From assembly GCA_947306225.1 (NCBI GenBank), contig CAMZFW010000001.1:1-57673 (forward strand): 57,673 bases of DNA, given 5' to 3'. Positions 9,055 to 21,000 of this stretch are shown here, piece after piece. The notes below the pieces were generated by a model. It did not search any database. It saw only the letters and a list, made by a program, of their open reading frames with translations, and was not told the DNA's origin. Made by a program: the position numbers and the translations under genes. The DNA is from an uncultured Bacteroidales bacterium. GTDB taxonomy: Bacteria > Bacteroidota > Bacteroidia > Bacteroidales > P3. Position 1 is the first letter of the stretch, and each line of letters opens with the position of its first letter.

Positions 9055-12000
9055 TTAGTGGATAATCATCTTGTGCATGCGTCGCTGGCCGTTGAATTCG
9101 AGGCCGTAGTAGTAGACGCCGCTGGGGAGTTTGCCCTTGTTGAAGCTGATAGTGTGGCGACCTTCGTCGTAGTAGGTAGTCTCTTCGTGCACGAGGCGAC
9201 CGACCACATCGGTGACGAAGAAGCGTGCCGAACCACCATAGGGCAGTGCAAACTCGATGCGTGTGGTGCCGTCGTAGGGGTTGGGGTAGTTCTGCTCGAG
9301 GACGAAATCGGGTTCAGCCACACGAGGTACGTCTTCGAAATAGTTGACAACTTCGATGATGGTAGTCTGGTCGTTAGCCGGATTGTCGTCGGCGTTAGGC
9401 AAATTGAGTTTGCTAGAGCCTATATAAGTGCGCGTGGGACTCTTGGGTATCTTGGTTTTGAAGAGGACATGGCGGGTGTCGCCTGGTTCGAAGTAGTATG
9501 TGTTAGTTGGGTATTGGTATCTTGGTATCGAGATATCGTTGATGATGGTGGGTTGGAAGAAGAAGGTGTTGTAGAATAGGATGTTTCCGTTGCTTCGGAC
9601 AACAGCGCGAATGCGGCATGAGTCGCTCATGTTCTCTTCGACCTGAAGCTTGACGAGTTCCAGATCGGTGCTGTAGGGTTGGATAATCCTAGAGGTGTCG
9701 TTGTTTTGGTTGGTGTCGCCAGGAACAGAGCAGTAGACAGTGACGTATGCCCATTCGTAAGAGCGCCACGGTTCAACATTGCTGAAGCGGTGTACGGCAT
9801 GGTCGCCAGAGGCAAAGGGCAGGTCGCGGTGGAAGGTCTCTTCGAAGCGGGTTGAGGGGTCGTTGTCGATGTAGTATCCGACAGTAAAGTTGTTGGCAGC
9901 ACGGGCACCGACATTGTCGAGGATGGCGCAGATATGGATTTCCCTATCGTTACGTTGGTCAACTATGCTAGCGGTGGCCTGGATGTCGGTGATGGCTGCG
10001 ATACCGGCAATTTCTTTGAAGATGGTGTCGTTGTAGGGATAGACATCTTGACGGTATTCGCACCAGGCGGTGAGACGCATGGTACCCATTGTGGCTCGTT
10101 CGCGGTGACGGAATGTGTAGTTGAAGAATTCGGTAGAGCCTAAGTTGCGGCCTAGATAGTCGGAGAAGACGATATGTTCGGTGACAGTGTCATTATCGTT
10201 GTAGAGGTAGCGAATAGTGCAGTCTTCAATCTCGTTCTGGCCGAAGTTGCGGAGGCGCACCGTGATGTTGATGCTATCGCCTGCCACAGCACTGGCGAGA
10301 GGTGAAGTGATGGCGTAGAGGTAGAGGTCGTTGGCGAGTGGCGAGAGACCAAAGAGGTTGCAGGTGGTGTCGTTGTCGCGATAGTAGTCGGACTGAACCT
10401 TGGTGAAGGCACAGATTTCGAAAGTGTCGGGGAATTGGCTGGTGATGATGAACGGTGTCGGGAATTCGAATTCGAAATCGCCACCAGCAGGTATCCACTC
10501 GGTGCAGGTGGCCTCGTGTGCCAGGTAGGTGCCGAAGGGTCTGTAGCAAACTATGAAGTTACGGATGCTGTCGGTGCCGTAATTGTGGATGCGGACACGA
10601 GGATAAATGGTCTGGCCAAATTGTGGGTTGGTGGGATAGGTGATTTCACGGACACCCACATCGATAGCACGGCGTTGGCGGCCAATGACGAGGTTGTCGA
10701 TAGCAACACCATCGCCAAAGTTGGCAGCGGGAGAGGTGGAGACAGGTGTGGTGAATACGAAACGGAATTGTACGCGCTGTGTAAATTCGCCACTGATGAG
10801 GGAGGTGGGGAATATGAGAGTGTTGTAAGCTCCAGCGGTGGAACCAGTCCAACCTTGCTCAGTGTCGTACCAGCTTCCGGAAGCGTCGCCAGCGACCCAG
10901 CGGACAGAGGGGTCTTCGACCAACTGCCAGAGTCCTTGGTAGTCGAGATACTCCAATCGGAGGAATGAACCTTCAGCCATGTTTTTGTTGATTAGGAAGG
11001 TGATGGTGTCGGTACGTATCTGCTGGATGTTGATAATGGGCGAGTAGAGAACGCTGCGGTTGCCGTGTTTGCCAGTGACAATGGACTCGGTGGCACTGGT
11101 GATGTAGGCGTTGGGTTGCGAATAAGCAGAGGAGATGATGCTCTTGGACGGCATGCCACGTTCGAAATAGTTGCGTGTGAAGTTGTTGTATCCAACAGGT
11201 GCGTACCATTTGTCGATGGGTTGGTCGAAACTGTCAATAAATCGAGCCACGACGACGTAGTAGCGGTGGTACTGATATTGCAGTGTGTTGTTGGTGACAT
11301 GGAAGGTGTCGCCTTCTGCTATGACGGAGCAGAAGAGATTGGTGGTACCTTCGGGGAAGTGTACATTGCAGAGTGTGACAGGTGTGCTCATGCCGGGTTC
11401 GAGTTCCCCACTCCATAGCATCGTGTCTTGGATGAATGGATTAGGCTGGTTGACATTGTGGAATCGATAGCTGATAGAAGCCTGCGTGAGTGGCTTGGAG
11501 CCTTTGTTAGCAAGCATGATAATGACTTGGTAGTTGCTGTCGACTATAACGTTCTCACGAGGTGCCACTACGCGTGTGAGAGCGGCATCGACAGAGTCGA
11601 GCATACATTCTTCTTGAACGTAGAGCAGGTATTGTTGCATTTGTCCGTCATCAAATGATGTGGCGGTGTGGATGCCGTTGGTGATAAGTGTAGAGTCACC
11701 ATGTACCCATACAAGCATACGCATGTAGCCGTAGTGTGCGCTTTCGGGTATGGTAAGGGGTATCTTGTAGGGTCGGCGGCTATGTACTTTGATGGCATTT
11801 CCTATACCAGCCCGTCGGGTGATGTTTTCAGAGCTGAGGAAGTCGTATTGGCCATCGCGGTTATAGTCGATGGCTACGCAGAGGCTTGCGGCAGTGGTAG
11901 AGTCGAATTCGTCAAAGTAGTTGGCAACCTCGATGGTAAGGGTGTCCTGAGTGCCCCGGAGGACATATAATGTCGGCACTTCGGCATTGGTGGGATTGTA

Positions 12001-15000
12001 TGAGCCCAGCCACAGATTGTCATAGGGGATGAGGTCGGGCATGTGGTTGTCGAGTTCGTTGTAGGAGACGTGTGTGATGTTGAATCCTTCAGGAGATGTG
12101 GGTGCATATTTGTTGATGGAGTCGTAGCAGTTTTCGGCCAAAGTACGGAATGTGTGGACAGTGCGCAGGGTGTCGTTGCCTCGTTGCATATCGTCAGGAT
12201 GGTAGACCCAGGCATTGAGTGTAAAGGTGTTGTTGGTGAGTGCCGAATTAGAGACAATTTGGTTGATGAGTAGCATGGCGGTGTCGTCAAGGCAGCCTCC
12301 GAAGGTGTGGTCGTAGTACTGTACGTTGTCACCCACACGTCCTGGAATGGTGTGGCGGACAGTGTCGTGGACTTCGAGGTAGGTGGTGCGCCCGTTGGCA
12401 TTCATGAATTTGAATGCAATGGGGATATTGGAAATGGGCTGACTACCGTAGTTGACGACGCGGAGTGTGACAGTGTCTCTCTCAAGGTAGACACGGCCGC
12501 TACCACGCGGTGAGCGTACTTCGGAGATGGAGACATCGTAGGAAAGTGGCATGTTGATACCCACGTTGATTTGTGAGTAATAGCTGGTGCAGTTGCGTGA
12601 GCTGAGGCAGTAGAGGTAGTAGAGTGAGTCATGGAAGTACTGAGGCGTGTCGCTCCAGTGGGTAGAACGGTTGTAGTTGTTGTTACCGTTGTAGAAGAAG
12701 CTGCCGTCGGTAGTGTCGCGAGTCCAACGAATGACGCGTGTCTCGCCTTGTGTGGCCCAGAGGTTGCCATAGGTGCCGTAGTCGACCATGGTATCGTGGG
12801 CAATGGGTGCGTCAGGCGTATGGTTGGAGGTGATGTTGATGTAGCTTGTGGTGTCGTTGTGCTGCTTGATGTCGTACTGGGCAGTGACAAAGCCACGCAG
12901 TCGGGCAGTGATGTCGAGCAGGGTACCGGTGGGATATAGGTTGGGTTCGTATGTCGGGGTCAGGGAGACTTCACGCTGTGTGCCTACGGGCAGGGCGGTG
13001 CCGGCGAAGGTCTGTACATCGAGACTGCTGGAGCCTGGGAAGTTGGGGAAGCTCTGCGTGGAGGGCTGGTGGCAGTAGTAGTCGTAGCCGAGGGTGAAGG
13101 GGAAGTCGCCGGGGAAGTCTTTCTTACCCGCGTTCTTAAGGGTGTATTTGAGTGGCACACTGTACATACGGCAGTGGGCTGGGTCGCAAGTACTATCAAC
13201 CGCGACAGAGATGACTTGCAAGTCGTATGCGGGATAGATGAATGCTTGGGCAGTGTCAATGTTGTCTTCGGGACGTTGGTCGACAATGCCGGGAGCCATA
13301 TTAATGACAACAACAATGTCTTGTGTGTCGACGATTCCTAACGGAGACTCAAGTAGGACGGAGTCTTCAACGAAGGCTTGGGATGCAAGACGGTTTATTT
13401 GCCGTATATCGGATTGTACCACTGGGTAGGTGTCGGCCATATATGCGTACCAAGTGAGGTTAGATTCGATGGCTGTACCATTGTTGAAGAACCTTACTCG
13501 AACCATGATAGAGTCGGTCTCAATATTGAGCACGATGGGATTGTTGCCAGTGGTAACAGAAGGTACGTAGGGTTCGATAATCTCAGCAACGGCGACATCG
13601 TGGGTCTCGCGGATACAGTTGAACTCGTAGGCACCAATCGTGGGTTTAGGAATCTGAGGACGGATGCATCCTCTAATGTCGGTGATGACATCTGGGTTAT
13701 ACTGGGCACGGTCGGCGTATTGCGCCAAGAGTGTGCTCAGGTTGTAGATGCTGTCGACGAAGTAGGGGTAGCTCTGGTATGAGTTGTTGTCGGTGTGGTT
13801 CAGCAGTCGCAGACTGTCGAGGTTGTTGCAGTTGACGCCCCAGAATGCAAACTTGATGACGCCTGTGGTAGCATGGGTGTCGGCATTGGTCCAGTAGACG
13901 TTGTAGTTGGAACTGGCCATGCAGGTGTCGATAGCGACGTAGTAGGCAAAGCCCTTACTTTCGTTCTTGAAGATATTGTTTAGGGCATGGATGTAGGAGG
14001 AGTTCTGGCAGCTGAAGGTACGAGTGGCGTTCTGGTTGACACCGGCATAGAGGTTGCAGGTGTTATAGTAGACGCTGACATGCTTAGAGAGTGAGTCAAT
14101 CCAGATGCCCGATGAGGAGAGCGATGCGACGGCAGTACCGTATAATGAAACCATATTATTATATACTGTCACGCGATCGATGTTGGTGCCTCGGCAGTTG
14201 TAGAGAGCTATACCGCGCTTGCCGCCAGTGCGGCTGTCGATGAGGTGGATGTAGTTGCGCTGGATGCTGGCGTGATATGCTCCAGCAATGTAGATACCGG
14301 TAAGGGGTTTGCCTGCCACCGTGACGCCCGAGGCGATGCTGTCGCCCGTGACGGCAATGGTGTCGGTGTTGCGGAGGTACACACCTTGGTACCAGAAGTT
14401 GAGTATGTCGGAGTTGATAATGGAGATGTTGTCGCTGGAGGTATTGTTGCTAGAACGTACGGAGTAATAACCACTGTCAAGTAAACAGTTGTTGACTGTG
14501 ATATAGTGGTTGTTGTCGCCGAGTAATAGCACGTTGGCATTGGTCGACGATGCCGTTGTCTTCTTGGAACGCAGCACGCAGTTGTAGAAGGTGATGAAGT
14601 TCGATTCCTCAACTTTGGCGACGTTGGCAAAGATATTGTTGCCCGAGCCAGTGGTATAGTTGGCATAGAATGTGATGCTGTCGAAGATGATGTGGCTAGC
14701 ACCACTGATGTTGATGACATAGTTGCTGGCATTGGTAGGCGTGTGGAAGATGGTTGCCATGTCGGTGGCTCCAGGGACGGTCTTGAAGGTGACGGTGTTG
14801 GTGGCATCGGTACCGTCTATCGGTCCAAAGTCAAGCTGTTCGGTGAAAGTCTGTTCGCAAAGTTCAAAGACAATGGGTCCGGCAACACCGGCATTGTGCA
14901 GGGTGTCGAGAGCCGTCGTCATGGAGGGATAGTCGCTGCCGCAGGAGCCGATGGAATAGGTGCCGGCGCAGAAGCGGACATTGAAGGTGCGAATGATGGT

Positions 15001-18000
15001 ATCGTTGGTCGGAACGGTGTCGCCCGTGATTATTACCACGGCGGTGACGGTATGGCGGCCAGGAGTGAAGTGGCTGCTCAGCAGTGGCACGGTGCGGCTA
15101 TAGCCCAGAGGTAGGTTGTTGGCATTGCCAGTGATTTGTTGCCAGCTGCCGTTGTCAATCTTGTAACGGAGGGTATAGTTGGAGATGTCGTAGTTACCAC
15201 GGTTTTCCAGTACCACGTTCAGGTTAGTAGTATCGCACGAGGCGATGACAGTAGTGTCAAGTTCTACGGGCCACTGGATAGAAGCATCGTTGTCGGGTAT
15301 GTTGGTGACATTGATGTAGATGGGTGATGCGGGGCTCTCGCATCCGACAGGCTCGAGGAATCCAAAGAGGATGTCGGGGCGGTTGTTGCCCTTGGTACCC
15401 GAAGTCTGTGAGGCCTGGTCGGTAGTGGCGTGCTGTTTGGAAATAACGGTGTTGGCCTGTGCCGTGTATCGGGTATTAGCACCGTTTGTCGGACCGGCAG
15501 CGGACAGTGCACGTGTAATCTCAATGACGATGTTGGACGTGCCGTCCCATTGATATTGTGAGTCTAACGTATGTTTCACCCAGCCTATGTTGGCACTGGT
15601 GAAGGTGTAGTTGCTTTTGTTGTACACCTGTGTCAGACCCGTGACGAATGTGCCGTTGGCAAATGTGGATGCGGTGGTGGTGCCCATTTTGATAGTGTAG
15701 TAGTCGAATGTAAACGAGGTCACGTTATTACCTAACGACTCCAGGTAGAATGAGAGTGAGCTGATGGTGCCTGCTCCATGTCCTGCAGCCTGCAACTGCT
15801 GGGCAGTGATGAGGTATTGTTCCTTGACGTACCGCTGTTTGGGGTTGTAGGGAGAAGGATAGCTGTTGCTCATCACTGATGCCAAGGTACCGATGTGGGT
15901 GTTGGCGACATCCTTAAGGGCAACGGCTCGGACAAACATGGTGTCGCGGCGGTAGATATAGTTGGTGGTATACGACCCTGGTGTGATATCGAGAACATTC
16001 ATATTGATGTCATACCAGATGGTGTTGTCGGTTGTGGGCAGGCTGTCTGCCGTTATTGTCAGACGCTCGCCATAACTGACAGTTTGGACAGTGTCCACCA
16101 GCGGGATGGAGGGCGTGTAGTTGGCGTTGAATGAGCCAGTGTTAGTGTCGTTGGTGTGGTCGTTGTCGCCAGTGACGGCGTCTACCCACACCTTAATGTT
16201 GAACACAGTGTCGTGGCTGGTCTGCATGTTGATAGGCGTGCTGAAGGTGTGGTGTACACCCGAGCGGATGCCAATGCCAGACGCGATGGTATCGCTACAC
16301 ATAATGGTGGTGCCGCCGTCGAGACTGTACTTAACCACTACAGTGGGAACGGCATTTGAACCATAGTTGTGAACCATTACTGAGACAGGCTCGGCGGTGG
16401 TCAGGTTGCATCCAGTGTCAACGACGGGTTCGTCAACAAAGAGGTCGGTATTGGGGACGTTGGTCACGTGGATGTTCACAGCCGAACGGAATCCTTCGCA
16501 GCCGTTGTCGAAATAGCGGATAAGGTTGTTCTCAGTCTCACCGAGGTGCATACGTAGCGAGTCGGTTGCGACTTGCCACAACGAGGCAGTGGCCGTAGGC
16601 GATGCATTGGTGGCATTGGTAGGCCATGCTATGCGGCGGGCACCTGCGGTGGGCGTGTTGGTGGTGCCGCCATTACGGGCAAGGTCGATGGCACTGCCTT
16701 GCCATACGGCAGCAGGTATATGTTGGTTGCTCCAGTTGATGGCCTGGGATGAGGTGGTGGTGATCACGCCATTGAAGGCAACGGCATCGGCCACGCCATG
16801 TCCGTCACGATAGATGACACCGAAGTTGGCGGTGTAGGCAGGTGTGACGGTTGCGGTGCTTGGCGCATAGATGGTGCGGGATGAATCGCTAGCAGTGGAG
16901 TTGGTTCTGTACTGCAGCACTAGGGTGGCACCTGGCTGAATGGTTACGTTGGGCAGTACCCATATCTTGGCAGCGGAGTTGCTCTGAACCACCAAAACGC
17001 TATCGCCCTCCAAATTGGCGGGGTAGTCGCCGCAGTTGGTCAGTTCAACTGCAAAGGCGGTCTGCGCGTTCATCCACGACGGCATGGGATAGGTGGCACC
17101 TGCTGCTGTGCGGTTCACCTGCACCTCGGTAATCTTCACCAACGGCAGGTTGCGCTTCTGCGAGATATAGAAGGTCGTGTCGTCATACAGCGGGGTAGTC
17201 GTAAGTGTCGGGCCGTAGAAGAAAGCGGCCGTGTCGGTCATGCTGTGATACCAAGAAATGCCTGACCGCTGCTGGCGACCATTGCCGGATGTATAGTAGC
17301 TTACCGGCCATGTGTTCACACCGGCTGTCGGTGTGATGGTTGCGACGGTGTTGTAGTTTATGGTCTGGTTGATGGCGGTGGGGGCGGGGGCAGCATATCT
17401 CGACAGAACTGACCACGTGCTGGTGTCATTCAGGTCGTCGGGGTCGAGGTTGCATTTCACCCACCATTTAATATTATATGTACGGTCGGTGTTGCCCGTT
17501 CCGCTGGGCAGTGACATCGTGCGGGTCGACAGGAAATGGATGGTGTCATTGGGGCCGCAGTCGCGGTTCACCACAAACGACTGCACAGGGCCGTTGTCGA
17601 TACTGTAGTATACTGTCATGGGCGAGGCGGTACTGGCGGTGTAGGTGCCGTTACCCATATTGCGGATGGCCACCTCAACAGGTATGCTGGCAGGAGCACC
17701 ACAGTAGTCTTCCATAGGTGTCACAAATTCTTCTGGCGTGAAGTCCACGGACAGGGCAGTAACCTCGTAGGCACCCAGGCTGGGAGCTGTGGTCGAACGG
17801 GTCGAGCCAAAAAGGTCTATCGTCACCTCGGGGATGGGCACACCCACATTACGCAGCAAGGCATTGAACGAGCGAAGGTCGACCCGGCTGACCGAACCGT
17901 TGGTGTAGTTGGGGTTGCCGCTCACCGAGCCGATGTCGCTTGGCACGGCATTGCGCCAGCCGTTTAAGTTGTTGTAGTTTGTACCGCTCAGTTTGTTGAG

Positions 18001-21000
18001 CACACCGCTTACAGAATAGTAGCAGTTGTGGTTCACGTGTAGGTTGGCAATGCTGTCGCCAGGAATGAAGGAGAAGGCGTAGTTCGAAGTGTCAAACGTG
18101 GCTATCACGTTGTTTTGGAAATAACTGTGGCTGATGACGTCGCCACCGAATGTTGCCGCTGCCACATTAACACGGGTGGGTGCGTTCATTCTCACCGAGT
18201 TGAACACCGTCTTGATATATGAACCTTTAATGATGTTGAGCGGGGTGGTCAGCATGTTGCTTGTGCCGTCATCCACAGACACGAGCATGTTGTTTGCCAC
18301 TATACAGTAGTTTCCGTTGCTGCCGTGCATGTCCGATACACCGATACAGCAGGTGCCCTTCGACGAGTATACTTTGTTACGGGTAATCTGGGTTCCGTCG
18401 TAGCAGTACTGTCCCAATATAATATAGCTGGCGTTGGTCAGCACATCGTTGGCAAAGTTACTGTCGATGATGGCGGCAGACTGATTGACGATGCGGATAG
18501 CTGAGTTGACCTGGTTAGTGAAAGTACACTGGTATACGCGGTTGCCAACAGAACGCACGTCGGGTGCGGCACCTGTTATATCAACACCAATGGTGCCACC
18601 ATAGAATGTGCAGTTAGTAACCAGTGTCGAGTCAGCATTGCCCGTGTTAATCAATGATTGTGCCGAGTTGTTGATGCTATTGCTGTCGCTGAAAGAGCAG
18701 TTGATAAACTGGCAGTTGGCGCTATTGTCGCCCAGCTGTGCGAGCACATCGCATCGGTTGTCGGAGTAACGTCCGTTGCTGAACTTGATATTGTTGAATC
18801 GAATGCCTCGTGCCTCGGTCATGTCAACCAGTGCGGGTACATTCGTATTCACACCAGTGCGGGCACGGCGGAATGTCACTTGAGCCGAGGCTGTGGCAGG
18901 CTCGAACAGCACGTAGTTGCTATCGGATGCGCCGGGGATATAGGGGAACTTAGTGATATCGTAGATACCTCCAGGCAATTTTATGGTTAGAGGACCATTG
19001 ACACCGCAGCGGCTCAGCACGTACAGGCAGTTCTCCAACGAACTAAAATTGGCACTTGCACCTGTGCCCACAATGCGTACTCCGTTATAGGGTCCGTCGC
19101 AGGCAGCAAAGGGGGTGAATACAGTGTCGTTGTAGGGCTCGTGGTCGCGCATACGCAGCGTGTCGATGGTGATGGTGTCGTCCACCCAGGCTCTGATAGT
19201 GTGGTATCCTACGGTAAACAACTGGCTGTCGCACACGTGCACACGCACACTGTCGCCTCCGTTGAGCGTCCCTGTCCAGTCGTAGTGTGTGTAGTTGCCA
19301 TTGTCTATACGATACCAGATACGAACCGCATTCATTGGGCTGACACCGTAGTTTTTCAGCCACACCACCACTGAGTCTAACCCAATGTTGCAGGGTGTGT
19401 CGTAGTTTGGATACGACATGGCGGATATGCCGCAGTCGTAAATCAAAGGTACATTTTGTGTCTCATAGAACTGCATCCAAGGACGGGTGGCAACAGTTAC
19501 ACCCAAAGCAAATTGATCTATGTCAGGACCGAAGATGTTGTATCCATACGATGCTTCTGAACCAGTGGAATATAGGGAGGATTTGTTGGATGACGTGCTC
19601 ACATGCCTGACGCTGTTTGCCGCAGGGTCGGTGTTGCCATCATATAACACTTGCATCACCAAATCAGAGCCGGCATAATAGAATGTGTCCTGGAGTGTCA
19701 CCATCTTGTAACCTCCGGCGGCTGCTTGCTCAATGGTGAAACTGGAATCGTAGACTATCTGCATCTCGGTCTTGGTGAATGCAGTCATGGTGGGTGTGCG
19801 TGGTTCTGAAGAAGGAGCATTCATCATGCGAATCTGCAGACGCGGTCGTGTGACCGTGATAGGCGAGGTCGTCAGTATAAATCGGAAGCTATTGATATAT
19901 CCGGGTCCATATCCCATATAGTCCATCGTCACACTGTCATATATCCACTCCGACCTATTGTCTGCCATATTCGGGAACGGGAATATCGCAGTGTTACTTA
20001 TCGTACCAAATACAGCGCTGCTTGTGTTGGTTCGTCCTCGAACACATCGGTATGTTCTCCATTGACTTGAATTCTTCGGGAAGTATACCGTATTGCTGTT
20101 CGTTGTTGCGTCCTTGGCTATTACATGGTAGTGTATCAGCGTATCATAGCCATACATCGGAATACGGCCGATAAAGCGGTTGCTTGTCCCTTGTCGGTGC
20201 ATATAGGCACGCTGCTCTACTGGGCTGTTGCCTACGCGATAGGCTATATATACTGAGTCGTCGTTAATGCCTTGTGTCACTGGCGTGGTCACGTCTGCAA
20301 CCACCTTTGCACCGCGGCTGTTGGGATAGTTCAGATGGTCGGGGAACGAAATCATTGAGAGTGTGGGGGTCGTTATAGGTTGGGGGGATGCGCGGACTAG
20401 CAAGTCGTCAATATACCAGGCTTCACCTGTTGGGTTGGCTTGGTTTCTTTGCGCCAGATGGAAACGGACAAGTAGTTTTTGGTTCTCCGTCGCTACGCCG
20501 AGAAATAGCTGGTCTAGGTCAAAGCGCTCTCGCTTCCATAGAGAGTTGCTCAGCGAGGCGGCATGTTCCCAGTCCTGGTAGGAATGCCAGCTAAATGATG
20601 AAATGTATCCGAATTCACCACTTGCTTCGCCAGAAGAGGTGTTGTAGTGTGTGCTGTTCAGGCGGGTCCAGTTTGTCTGAGTAGGAAGCCTTACCTCGAT
20701 CCAACCTACATCATGTGCATCGGCTGCCCCGCCGGCAATCCATGTGATGTGCATGAACTCCAGCGTGTAATGGCGGAACTGACTATTGTGGGTGAAGTCA
20801 AGTGTATCCAAAGTAAGCGTTGATTCCCCACTCTGGGAATGGAGTATCTTCATCGCTCGACTACCACCTGATACAATGGTTGACTGAACGGTAGGTCCGG
20901 TGCCGGGACCACTGCCAGAATAGGTGACGGGTGTGCCTACCTCAAAGTCTTGTGAGTAGATTTGAGTGATTTGGGCATGGGACACAACTGCCGACAAAGC

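Noticed and set aside
9058-21000. Dozens of 60-200-aa ORFs on both strands inside the giant gene
   Set aside because: All are out of frame with, or antisense to, one continuous 3,993-codon frame that has a signal peptide and a T9SS CTD. Their translations are low-complexity (T/S/P/A-rich or G/V/D-rich).
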